DNA of 64,000 bases from Blastocladiella emersonii ATCC 22665 (taxonomy: Eukaryota > Fungi > Blastocladiomycota). The position numbers were made by a program, and so were the translations under genes. Numbering within the stretch: position 1 is the first letter of the stretch; each line of letters begins with the position of its first letter. Of this stretch, positions 1 to 11,311 are shown in pieces. Below the pieces are notes generated by a model. It saw only the letters and a program-made list of their open reading frames with translations. It was not told where the DNA came from and ran no database searches. The DNA lies in contig JANHCV010000008.1 in NCBI GenBank assembly GCA_025594325.1, positions 1,178,001-1,242,000 of the forward strand. Direction: 5' to 3'.

Positions 1-650
1 GCCGCGTCGCGGACCTCGCTGGCCCATTCACGAAGCGTGGGCACGTCGCTTTCGCGCGCGAGCTGGACGAGTTCGTGGCGAACCGCGGGATTCTTGAGGA
101 CAGGACCGTCCCACATGGCGCGAAGCAGCGCGACTCGCCCCACCGCGTGCGATTCGCAAAGGATGCGCTTGGCGAGGCCAACCGACATGACCCACGGCTC
201 ACCGCGCAGCGTGGCAACTTTGCTCGCGAATTCCACGGCCCGCAACGCGTTGCCCGAAACAATTGAGTTGATAACAAGCGTCATGGTCGGCCCGTAGCCG
301 TTGACACCGTTTGGATGGGCGTCGCGCGGGAATTCATCCATGTCAATGTCGGACGAGGGCGTGACCACGTCCAAGAGCCGCTGAATCTGGTCTACGCTTG
401 CGCCAATCAGAATCGTATACCACACGTGCTCGATGTGCCTCGCGTGGTCCCCTCCGCGGGCTTTGCGAGCAGCGCGTGTGCTTTTGACGTGATATTCCTC
501 CCAGGCCAAGCTTGAAGTCGGAGCTGTGCGCCAGACGAAAGGGGTGAGGCGCGTCAACAATTCCGCGACACATTGGTGCAACCGACCGATGCCGTTCTTC
601 ACGTTGGGTAAACAAGATCTCGCAGCGGAAACCTGCACTAGCCCTTGCAT
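1..650 (-). CDS. Hypothetical protein, 3' part runs off the window (about 216 codons open; true start uncertain)
   Basis: Manual translation of the minus strand from ATG 650 has no stop down to base 3 (...HIEHVWYTILIGASVDQIQRLLDVV...ESHAVGRVALLRAMWDG...ELVQLARESDVPTLREW). Absent from the ORF track, presumably because no stop lies in the window. Confidence 0.45.
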   Translation of the reverse strand, partial: MQGLVQVSAARSCLPNVKNGIGRLHQCVAELLTRLTPFVWRTAPTSSLAWEEYHVKSTRAARKARGGDHARHIEHVWYTILIGASVDQIQRLLDVVTPSSDIDMDEFPRDAHPNGVNGYGPTMTLVINSIVSGNALRAVEFASKVATLRGEPWVMSVGLAKRILCESHAVGRVALLRAMWDGPVLKNPAVRHELVQLARESDVPTLREWASEVRDA

Positions 651-2267
651 CGCGCAGCATCTCCTGACGGTATGCGCGCGAGCGAGGCTCGCAAAATCTC
701 AGTTACCAATAGAAGAGCCGTTTTGCATTGGGTTCGTCGCGGTCGGCCGCCAGCATGTCGATCTGTCAGCACCCTCGTCCATGCGAGTGCCGCGCACTGA
801 ATATCGTTGGACAAAGCGCAAAATCCTGCTGCTATGCATCCGCTCTGCTGCCTCCCTGCTGCTTGAGGAGCGCGACATGAGTTTGCGAGAGCTAAACTCG
901 GTGTATGTGCTGTTAATTGTCGTCACGCCGCCTACTCTGCTTTTCCGCTGTTCCCCGTCCATTCTGCACTGACGCCGCTGCCGTCGCTGTGTTCGCTCTC
1001 ATCTCTCTCTCGATCGGTGAAGTCCCTCGCGTAATGCTCATTTACCTGGCCCTCAGCGTGCTGGGCCTTCTGGCTTTTCGCTACGTCGGATCGGTTCGCG
1101 GTTGTGATCCAGTCGTGGCTGCGGATCTATTTTTTAGTGTCGTGCCGCCGCCATCATCGGGAACATCTGCCGCGGAAGGTTAGATCCGTGATCGCGTCGC
1201 CTCGTCTCCTCGTGCACACGGCGGCCGAGATCATGTTCCTCGGACAACTTTGACGGCGCTAAGGACCCTGAACTTCCAACGGGATCAGCTTGTCGATCAC
1301 GCAAGGAGGAGGCGCTCGTTGGGGATGAAAGCGGAAACGGAGAGAAGAGAGAGCGGAGATAGATGATTGCATGATCGGAGGTGCGAGAAGCTGTTCAGTA
1401 TTACGCTTGAGGAGTGATGGACATGTGAAGATGTATGTGATGGGGAGCAGAAAGCTTGGCACGTCGCAAAACGGTACACTAGACAGTAATATGAAGGTTG
1501 CATAAAGTTAAAGGAATTATCGTAAATTGGGGTTCGGAGAAGAGCGAGGAAAGGATAACTCAAGCAGAACGCGTGGCGCGCCGCGTCGCGTACCATCGCG
1601 TGAAAAACGGCACGATCTTGAACTTAACCTTGTCCAAGACACGATGAGGGTCGAGCTGAGGACCCACTTCCTCCGCTTGCGTAAAGTATCAATTTTTTGC
1701 CCGATTGCACACCATAAGACCATAAGACACCCATGTAGCACACAGCGCCAAGTTGGGGAGCTTCGGGCATCTAGCATCGTCCGCATCAATTGTGATCGCA
1801 GGTCAACTATAGCAATTAGAGTCGCGGTGACGCTGTCGGACAGTCACCCCGGTCCTGGGCCCGTCAAAGTCCTGTTGCATCAAGTTAAGCTGTGTTTCAT
1901 GCGAGTGACGCGTCGTCTTTTTTTTTTGGGGGGGAGGGTGGGGGGGCAGTTGGGAGCGCGAGGGCGCGGCTCGGCGCGCGTGTGGTGACGGCGGTGGCTT
2001 GCGCGTCACGCGGACATGACCACCGTTTCAGACGCGATCCAAGTTAGCCCCGAAAAAATATCGGGATTCATCAAGAGGCATGATCAGAACGCTTGAGTCA
2101 CCTACTGTGCGCAGAGTGGCGCTCGCCGTAGCCGGTGGGAGACACGGGGACAAATGACGGACATTTTGGAGACAAATCTCTCGTGCGGCGCGGAACGTCT
2201 CCGAATCAGTCAGTTAACGTGCACGGAGAAAGGTCTGGGCCAGTGGCTTTCACAGGGGGCGCGCTCA

Positions 2268-2274
2268 TATAAAT
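2268..2274 (+). promoter_or_regulatory. TATA-like box upstream of the kinase gene
   Basis: TATAAAT about 65 nt upstream of ATG 2338 in otherwise GC-rich DNA. Confidence 0.4.
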
Positions 2275-2337
2275 ATCGCGAGCTCAAACCCATGACTTGA
2301 TCGGACCTCCTTGATCAAAGTAAATATTATCGGAACC

Positions 2338-3957
2338 ATGGAACCTCCTACTACGGCCGTCGTCGGCCTCAACGACATTGGCGACCAGATCGACCAGCTG
2401 GCGCACTTCGTCAAGTCGGCGAAGAAGCCTATGCACCTGTTTGCGGTGCTGCTTGAGCGCTGCTCGGCCATCCACGCCGCGCTCCTCGCCGCCCACGGCG
2501 CGAGTGAGAAGCTACCTGCTTCGCTCATCGGCCCTGTCACGACCCTGCACGGCGTCCTGCGTGAGGCCAACAAGGCCGCGGCCAAGGTCACCGAGTCCAC
2601 GCTCCTCAAGCGCACGCTCGCTGGCACCGACTACAAGGAGTCGCTCGAGCCCGCGGGCGCAACGCTCGTCGCGGTCCTCGGCGAGCTGGGCACCGCCCTC
2701 AAGCTCGACATGACCTCGGCCAATCTGGCCGCCGAGTTCAAGGCCGCGGCCGAGCGCGATCGCATCAACCTCCTCGTCTCGTCTAAGGACATGCTCGCCG
2801 CCCACCACTCGGACCTGTACCGCGACCTGGCGCTCGGCAACCAGGATGCGCGCGAGGCCCTTGCCGCGCTGCATCAGCGCATCGACGCGTCCAAGGCGCA
2901 GACCGACGAGGTGCTCGACCTCCTGCAGCAGCTGTACAAGCACATGCACTCGGCCATCTCGCGCAACTCGGGCGTCTCGGCCGAGCGTTCGGACGCCGAG
3001 ACGGCGCTCAAGCCGCTCGCCGTCACCTCGTTCGACTTTGACGAGGACAAGGGCCAGCCGCTCGGCCGCGGCGGGTTCGGTCTCGTCGTCCGCGCCACGT
3101 GGATCGCGTCCAAGACGCCCGTCGCCATCAAGCGCCTGCTCCCGCTGCTCGGCCACACGGCCGCCGACCAGAAGGGCATCGACCTCGTCGCCAAGGAGGC
3201 CCTCGTGTGGAGCCAGATGCGCCACCCGCACGTGCTGCCGCTGCTCGGTGTCTCGCTGACGTCCGAAACGCCGTTCCTCGTCATGCCGCTCATGGAGCAC
3301 GGCGACCTGTCCAAGTACGCGGCGGACCGCCCCGCCGAGCACGTTCGCCTGCTGACCGAGACGGCCATGGGCATGGCGTACCTGCACTCGAAGGACATGC
3401 TGCACGGCGACCTCAAGGCCAACAACGTGCTCGTCGACATTTACGGCCGCGCGCAGGTCGCCGATTTCGGCATGGCGCGCGTCCTTTCGGCCGCCAGCCG
3501 CTCGTCTGTTTCGGTTGCCACTTCTCTCGGGAACGTGCGCTGGATTGCGCCGGAGCGGTACACTTACGGCGTCAAGCTCGACCTCAAGTCCGACGTGTTT
3601 TCGTTTGCCATGCTCGCCTTCGAGGTGGTCGCGGGCAAGCTGCCGTTCTACGAGGAGCACGACGACGGGATTGTCAAGGACTGGATCAAGGAGGGCGTCC
3701 GTCCCGCTGCGCCGACCGGTTCCTCCAGCTACTCGAGTCAGCTGTGGGCGCTTGTCGAGGAGTGCTGGGCCGGGGACAGCAGCGCGAGGCCTTCTTTTTC
3801 GGCCATCGTGGCGCAGCTCTCATTGATGTTCCGCGTTGAGCTTGCTGATGTGCAACCAGTTGTTGGCAAACCGCAGACCGCTTCTCCCGACAAACTTACG
3901 CCAACCTCGCAGGTCGCGCGCGTGATCAATCCGTCCAACCCTGTCTCTGAGTCAAAG
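2338..3957 (+). CDS. Exon 1: N-terminal MLKL-like helical domain, helical linker and Ser/Thr (TKL-like) kinase domain
   Basis: Kinase motifs GRGGFG, VAIK, KEALVW, HGDLKANN, DFG, RWIAPE, SDVFSF, ECW...RP. The N-terminal ~125 aa (VLREANKAAAKVTESTLLKRTL...LVAVLGELGTALKLD) resemble the MLKL N-terminal domain pattern. Confidence 0.85.
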
Positions 3958-4115
3958 GTATGCGACTGGTCATCTTGGCGCGACGTGTTGTTTTTCTCAC
4001 TGCCTCGTCTTTCGCTTGATCCAAACAGGCTGTTGATACGATTGGCAACCAGGACTTCGTTTGGGTTGGCGGCAAGATGTTCTACCTCCGCTGTGCATCG
4101 CAAAACCTGCAGCAC

Positions 4116-4290
4116 CGCTCTGGCCCGGATCTGAGCCAGACTGCGCTTCTGGGCCGGATCTGGCTCAGACGCCGGCGGCGGGGTGGGCGCGCGCGGAGGG
4201 GCTGGGGTGTCGGGGCGGGATCCGGCCCAGATGAGCCGTCTGGCTCAGATCCGGGCCAGATCTGGTTGCCGGGCCCAGATCCGGCCCAGA
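4116..4290. repeat. Left subterminal repeats of Plavaka element 1 (CCGGATCTG/CAGATCCGG in both orientations)
   Basis: Multiple copies visible; the same motif recurs at about 10930-11280. Confidence 0.8.
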
Positions 4291-4945
4291 CGAGGGACTT
4301 GACTGCGAGCTGCAGCTGCCATGGCCTCGAGCCGCGGCGGCGGGACGGTGGGACGCGGTGTCAAGTATCAAATGCATGTATTGATTGCTATGGGTCGATC
4401 CGCGGGGCGAGGGCGAGCGAGAGTAGTCGCTGCGCAACGTGGTCGCGATGCCCGCCGCGGGCGACGCCATACCCGCCCACCAGGGACAGGTGGAAAGCGT
4501 GGGGACGCGGCAGCAGCAGCGACCACTGCGGCGGTGGCGGCCACCGTGCGTAGCGGTGGCTGCTGAGCTGATGCGATGGCCGCGAGTCGGCCCGGCCACA
4601 CGGCCGCGGCGGTAGCACGGTCCGCGGCGGCGGCAGCGCGAGGTCCGGCGCGCAAGGACGGCGGCGACTTGACCCGCACCGGGTCTTGAGCGAGGTGGCT
4701 CGTGTCGGAACGATCCGGCGGCGATGGCTTCACCGCCACCGTCTTCTGCGCGGCGGGCCCAAGACGCGCGCGCGAGAGATCTCGACGAACGTCAAGGCGT
4801 GGCGAGCCGCCGAGGCACGGTCGCGCGCGGCGGCACGCTTGTCGGGCGGCTCAGCGCTGTCGATGATGCCCGTCGACCCGCGAAAACGAGTAGGCGGAGT
4901 GCGGGCCATAGGTCGCGGCGCGCGCAGCCAATGCGACCGCCGCCA

Positions 4946-5046
4946 CGGAGCCGCGGGCGAGCGAGAACTGGCGTCGGCGGAGCCGCGGGCGAGCGAGAAC
5001 CGGCGTCGGCGGAGCCGCGGGCGAGCGAGAACCGGCGTCGGCGGAG
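4946..5046 (+). repeat. 32-bp tandem repeat, 3 copies plus a partial copy, inside Plavaka element 1
   Basis: CGGAGCCGCGGGCGAGCGAGAAC(T/C)GGCGTCGG starting at 4946, 4978 and 5010. Confidence 0.9.
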
Positions 5047-5237
5047 ATGGTGGTGAGCTGGCGACCGTTGGGACCGCGCGTGAAGTTGCAGCCGTGTGCG
5101 ACCAGCCGTGCGCGACCGATGGACTCGGGTGAGGCAAAGAATGCAATGAAGCCGAGCCGGACTAGCCCATGGCGGTTGCAGACGTGGTGGAGAGGAGGGG
5201 CGAGCGCGGCGGGGTGGGGATGGTGGGCGAGCGTTGC

Positions 5238-7787
5238 TCAGCGCAGGATCGAGTCGAAGGCCGTGTCAGACTCCTGAAAGAACTGCTCGCGGCCGATGAA
5301 CCAATTAAGGTGGTAGTACGGCTTCTTCTTGGGCTTCCCGTTGACGAGGTGCTTGAGGAACGTCGGCACGAGATGGACAGGGCCGACGATGGCGGGAACG
5401 GGTATGACGGCAAGGGCGTCCTCGCGGCGCACCTGGATCAGGTGAGTGATGGCGTCGCGGGCGAGCATGGTGTTGCTGTTGGGCTTGAACCGCGAGAACC
5501 AGCGACCGACGGCGACCTGGAAGCGGTCGTCAAAGCCCTTGACGGCAAAGTCGAGGAAGAGGATGGGCTCCATGATGTTGAGCCCGCCCTGGTTGCCGCG
5601 CCGAGCCTGGGTTTGTCGCCAGGGGGAGGCGATCAGTAACGAGTGGTGTAAAGCGGCAGGAAGATAACAAGGCGAGGTTAAACGTACCACAAAAAAGTCG
5701 TTGACGAGGCGACCATGGGACTTGGTGACGCGGGCCTTGAGGATCTCGACGATCGGCTGGCGGTTGAGGTCGCTCGTGCGATGGATCTCCATGCACTGGA
5801 ACCCGCGGACCTGCGACACGCGGCCGGCGGCATCGGTAAGGTCCTTGGGACAAAGCGCAGCGTTGGCGTCGCGGTTGCTGGGTGGCAGAAAAGGACAGGG
5901 AGCGAACAGGAGAGTGGCGTCAGTGCATGACTTCGAGAGAGGGCAGTGATGCGGGAGTACGTACTCGATGTCGAGCAGGACGTGCTTGGCCATGGCCTTG
6001 GTGAGGCCGCGCAGGAGGTTTGGGAACTTGTTCTCGAGCCAGTCGAGCGTGACGCCGCAGCGGGACCCGCGCAGCAGCGAGAGAACGACGCTGAGCGTGA
6101 TGCGGCGCTCCTTGTACTGCAACTCGACGCAGCTGACGGCGGGCTGTGGTTCAGCAGCAGCGTCAGTAGCGGCCGTCGGCGCGCCAGCGCCTGCAGTCGT
6201 CGCGCCGTTGCCCGCAGCGCCTGTGGCCGCCGACATGGCATTGACCTCGGCAATGAGCTCCGGGCTGCCGTAGAGGCGAGCGTAGACGCGGCCCTCGTCC
6301 GTGGCAATGTCGATGTCCATGTTGTCAACACACCGGATGGTGCCTGCAGCGGCGGGCGCGGGGGCAGCAGTGGCGGCAGCAAAGGTCGTTGCGGGTGCTC
6401 GGGCGGGCGCGGGGGCAGCGGTGGCGGCGGCAAAGGTCGTTGCGGGTGCTTGGGCGGCGGGCGCAGGGGCAAAGGTCGTTGCGGGTGCTGGGGCGGCGGG
6501 CGCAGGGGCAAAGGTCGTCGCGGGCGTGGAGGCACAAGCGGCGGCCACTCGAGCCTGCGCGCTGTCCAGTGCCCGGTCGAGGGGCGCGAGCGTTGGGTCG
6601 ACCTTGTCGAGCGAGATGAGGTCGGGGTGGTAGACGCGCATGTAGGAGAACTGCGCGATCAGGGCGTCGCGTGCAGCAATGTTGAGCGACGCCGAAATCT
6701 CGAGCGACTGCTGGCTGTTGGTGCGCTTCGTTGGTGCTGTCGCGTACACCTTGTGCTGGAGCTCGATTGTGGTCTTGGTGCTGGACGCCGCCGGCGCGCC
6801 GAAACGGCGTGCCGAGCCCGGGATGTGGTTCATCATATGAAACACAAGGGCGTCGGGGAGGTCGACACCGGCGTCCTCAAAGAACGGCACGAGGTGCTCG
6901 AAGAAGACGTCAAGGTACCGTCCAATCAGCTCCAGCGCCGAGTTGGTGAGGGTCGGCGAGGACGCGAGCGTGGCCACGGTCGCGAAGCTGCTGAACAGGT
7001 GCAGGACGCGGTCGTTGAGCTCCTTCTTGCGAAACAGGCCGATCAGGTGCGGCACAATCACCTACAGGCAAAGCGACGCAAACACGATGAGTAAGCATTG
7101 GAAGGGAGCCAGCCAGCAGCGAGTCTACCCAAGCACGGAGAAACACACGTACGCGGTAAAGGCACCGCCACTCGTGCCCGGCGAGCTTGTCACGCGTCAT
7201 GATGGCGCCGGCGCGCAGCGGGTTGCTCGAGAAGGCGGGCGTCATGCTGATGCGCTGCTCGAGGCTCGGCGGGTGCGTCACGCGCTTCTTGACAATGGCC
7301 TTGAGCGCCGACCACAGGTAGCGGCCAAACGCGCCGATATCGAGCTGGTGCAGCAGGTCGACAGCGAGACACTTGAAGATGTTGACGCTGGGCCACTCCT
7401 TGAAGCCGCTCTACACGTCGTTCGTGTGGGGGCAAAATGGTCGGTGAGTGAGACATGGGCGGCGCCAAAGCGCAGTGGGCATGGAGAGAGCCAGCGCACC
7501 TTGAGCAGGTGGTACCCGAGAGTTTTGGCCAGCGCCTTGAGCTGGGCCTTGCTCAGGCCCATGACGGCGGGTCGACGCGCTTGGCGCGGATCTCCTCGAT
7601 GTTGTAGGACCTGAAGATGAGCATGCGTTTGAGAAACTGCGCGACCTCGGTCGGGCAATGCGGGCAGACGATGCCCTGCTTGGTGAGCGTCATGATTGAG
7701 AGCTCAGGGAGGTCGCCGAGCACCTGCAGCAGCCGCATGAACGTCTTGTAGACGTCACCGGGTGCGACTCGCATCGGACGCCCGCTA
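5238..7787 (-). pseudogene. Plavaka-type transposase, C-terminal part, multi-exon, frameshifted near 7575
   Basis: Motifs VLGDLPELSIMTLTKQGIVCPHC; NIFKCLAVDLLHQLDIGAF; HMMNHIPGSARRFG...TTIELQHKVYA...KRTN; C-terminal GRWFSRF...VIPVPAIVGPVHLVPTF...YHLNWFIGREQF. All resemble fungal Plavaka transposases. Confidence 0.75.
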
Positions 7788-8182
7788 CACATGCGCGAGT
7801 ACAAGGGCAAAGTCAGTGAGGGTGGGCGGCCCAGCGTTGGCGTGCGCGCGTGCGGGAGAGATTGCGGCGCAGCGGCGAGGCAGCGACGCGCCGAGCACAT
7901 GATTGGCGCGTTGGCGCGTTGGCGCGTTTGCGCGTTCGGCGGCGTGCTGCACAGCCTGCTGCACAGCGGCGGCGAAGAGGCAGGCGAAGAGGGGGCGCCC
8001 CCTCGCCCCGCCCCGCCCGCTCCCGCTCCCGCTCTCCCTCCCCTCTCTTGACTTTGCGCCTGCTCGGCCTCGGTCGCTTCTGCTCCCGCAAGACACCCGC
8101 CGCCCTCGACCTGCTGGCATCCGACCCACCCGCCCTCCACCGCCACCGTCACCGCCATCTCGCGTCCCGAGCGTCGCCCGTC

Positions 8183-10778
8183 ATGGCGTCGCACCAACCC
8201 GCGCCCGGCCCGTTGTCTGGCTCGGCGCCCGCCAAGCCGCCACTCAACATGACGGCGGACGAGATCCAGATGATCATGCAGTTCCGGCAGCAGCGGTCCA
8301 TGCCGCAGTATCAGCAGCAGCAGCATCATCATCCTCATCATCATCAGCAGCAGCAGCACCAGCAGCAGTTCCCGTTCCCGCCGCCGGACCCAACCTCGTT
8401 TGCGCAGGCTGCCCCTCTCCCCATCGTGTCTCTTCCTGCCGCCACCGCGCGTACCCCCGCCACGGACCGGTTGATGACGTTCGCCCCTGCTCCCGACCCC
8501 TCCTTGCCCTTTTTCCTCAGCTCCACCACTCGCGCGCCGCCCGCCTGCTCGCCTGCTGCCGCCGCCGCTGTTGCTGCCTCTCCGGCGGTGGCAGCAACGG
8601 CCCCACAGCCCAACGACGGCAGCAAGCCTCCGCGCAAGTGGCGGCGCCGCTTGAAGCACAACCCATTTGCCTGCGGGCCCGTCTTGCCCGCCGCTCCTCC
8701 CTCCTCTGCGCCCTTGACTGTTCCGCCATCTGCGCCCGTCGCTAGTCTCGCCCCTCTCGCCCCGCTCACCCCTCTCGCCCCGCTCACCCCTTTCACACCA
8801 TCATTGGCGCCCGCAGTCGCACCCACCAACGGGTGGGCACAGCTTCGATTGCGTACAATTGATGGCACCATGATCGCCAAGGTCTACTCGGCCTTCGTCA
8901 CGCCGTACATGACCCGCTTCGACCTGTCGGATCTTGAGAACGAGTGGCCAAGCGCCCATGTACGGTCCACGGCCAACCGCAAGTTGCGCCGGGTGCACTG
9001 ACTCTGCTGCCTGCCTGTGTATAGCTTGAGTTCGCCAACCTGAAGGACGAGTTCGCCTGTGCTCGCTCCAACCTCTTCACGCTGGTCCTCAAGTTCATCA
9101 GGCAGAAGCTGGTCAACAACGCCTCGATCGCCTTGGGACCTGGGACACGGCGCACGCCGCCTTCAAGGCCGGCAACATGGGCGTCCTCAAGCCTGCGTGG
9201 ACCAACAACGTGCTCTTTGACGCGGCCGGCAACCCAAACACGATCCTTGAGGTGCTGCTCGACAGCGTCCTCCTGTTGTCCGTGAACTGTACGTTGCGTG
9301 CGTCTGCCCATCCCTCGACACAACTTGTACCCCTCATTCGCCCCTCCCCTCCCCCTCCAACCTTGCCCTCATAGCGAATGTATCCTTTGGATCCATCGCT
9401 GTGCTGGTGCTGCAGGAACTGGACGGGGCCGTGCTCAAGGTCAACTGCGCCCAATGCTTCCTCGCTCTACTTCTCGCTGTGATACGTTGCGCCTCCGCCG
9501 TCACCGCCGCTTTCTTTCTGCGGCCTGCTCACCCCCGCGCGCGCGCGCTGCCTAGCTGGGCTCGGCCCTGTCGCCCGCGAAGGGGTGGGGTGACTTCCGC
9601 AACCAGTCGGACCGGCAATCCAACCTCACCAAGCTCCGCAAGGTCGTGGCGGAACCCAACTTTACCAAGAAGGTGACCGGCTTCTCGGTGCTGTTCCGCG
9701 AGACGTGTGCCCAACGTGGGTACAGTATGGGCTTTGCGTGGTTCACTGCCCCGCCGCCGAGCACTGCCACGCCCGCGTCCGGCCTTGCCATCGCCGGGGC
9801 ACCAGCAGCGGCCTCGGCCTCGTCATCGGTACCCGCCGGCGCCATGCCCTTCTCCAACTCGGGCTACGCGGTCGAGATGCCGTTGGGCAACACGTCATCA
9901 ATGCTCATCAACCCCGGCAACCCGGCGTCGCCTCTTCACCTCGCTGCCCACAACGGCCTCGACCCCGGTATCTTCGAGCTGCTTGCGCGCAGCGGCAACG
10001 GTAGCGGCTCGGCCTCGCTCACCATGTCGGCCTTGACCTCGGCCGCAGTCCCGCTTGCCACTGGCGCGCCCTCGCTCGTGCCCATCGAGACTACGACCGC
10101 GCCCTTCCCCTCGTCCCCGCTCCCTCGTGCCGACGCTGACGCCAACAACGATGACGAGGGCGACGAGAGCAACGCCAGTCCCCTTCGTCGTCCACGTTCG
10201 CTGACCCCGCCACCACCTCGGCCACCACCACCTCTGCCATTGCAGCAGCGGCCTCGTCGTATGCTCCCTTCCCTTCGCTGCTGTCTCTGCGTCTGAGTGA
10301 CCGACGCTGACGCTCATGCCATCGCCCCCACCTCCCAGCCCATCGCTCCGCTGCTGCAGGTGTCGGTGCCAGTGCGACACCGACCAGCGGGTCCGTGGTC
10401 GAGCCCCAAGTCGGCGCAGCACACGGGCTCACCTCGCCGGCCGCGGCCATCGATGCTGCGGCTGCTGCTCAAGATCCAGCGGGCGTGGTCGACGGCGAGA
10501 CTGAGGCCAAGCTGCGCCAGTCGGCGGCGTCCGAGGGTGGCGTCATCGAGGACGACGAGCGCGCCAAGGACAACGAGTCGGCGTGGACCGATGCCCAAGT
10601 CACGCAGGAGACGGACCCGACCAACAACGTCGAGAACGCGCCACCCGCGCCTCCCGCAACGCCTGCGACCTGGGCCAAGTCGACGCGCGTGCGCAAGCCC
10701 AGCGCCAAGCGCGCGGCGACGCTCGCGGCGTTCGCCATCTCGGTGCCTCGCAGAACGAAGACCAAGGCCAAGAAGTAG
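8183..10778 (+). pseudogene. Second (accessory) multi-exon ORF of Plavaka element 1; poly-Q/H and Pro/Ala-rich N-terminus, basic C-terminus; frameshift near 9135
   Basis: ATG 8183; GT-AG introns near 8979-9023, 9289-9374, 9479-9556 and about 10.3 kb. Codon-biased exons (LEFANLKDEFACARSNLF..., WTNNVLFDAAGNPNTILEVLLDS, ...RRTKTKAKK*) lie between the TIRs. Confidence 0.6.
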
Positions 10779-10929
10779 GCCAAGGGCGCGCGCGCGCGCA
10801 CGCGCTGTCACACCGTGGGGTGGGGGTGGGCGAGCGGGCAGGCTGGCCGGCCAGCCGCCCAAGCGTGTTCCAATATGATGATATTGTATATATATATACC
10901 CGAATGCTGCGGATGACTCCCCGACTGGG

Positions 10930-11290
10930 TCAGGATCTGAGCGCGACATGGCCCGGATCCGGCGACGATACGGCCAGGATCTGACTGCGAGGTGTGCCTG
11001 GATCCAGCCACGATGCAAGCGGGATCGTGACACGATCGGTGCGCACTTCGCGGCGGCATCACGGCAGCCTCTGCCCCGGACCTGGGCGAGATCAGGGCAG
11101 GATCACGGCTTGATCAGGGCCGGATCTGGGCCGGATACCGCCCCAACGCTGCCCCAACGCTGCCCCGACCCCGCTCGCGCCGCCCGCGCGGCGTCTGAGC
11201 CAGATCCGGTCCGCGTCAGGGTAATATCACAGATCCGGCCCGGATGCTGCTTTCTGGCCGCGATCTGGCCGCGATCAGGCCCCGAACCGC
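10930..11290. repeat. Right subterminal repeats of Plavaka element 1
   Basis: Repeated GGATCT/CAGATCCGG motifs next to the right TIR. Confidence 0.8.
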
Positions 11291-11311
11291 TGCTGCAGGT
11301 TTTGCGATGTG

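Larger units (their letters stand above)
4096..11309 (-). mobile_element. Plavaka (CACTA/CMC-like) DNA transposon, 7214 bp, probably non-autonomous
   Basis: Perfect 19-bp TIRs CATCGCAAAACCTGCAGCA (4096-4114 and 11291-11309), 2-bp TSD TG (4094-95 and 11310-11), dense CC(A/G)GATC(C/T)GG-like subterminal repeats, and a Plavaka-like transposase ORF. Confidence 0.9.

Noticed and set aside
3958-4134. C-terminal tail of the 607-aa kinase ORF as listed in the ORF track
   Set aside because: Results from reading through intron 3958-4028; splicing gives the frame that joins the LRR exon.
10948-11311. N-terminal ~120 aa of the 433-aa ORF as part of a real LRR protein
   Set aside because: It is read-through of transposon subterminal repeats and TIR; host sequence starts at 11312.
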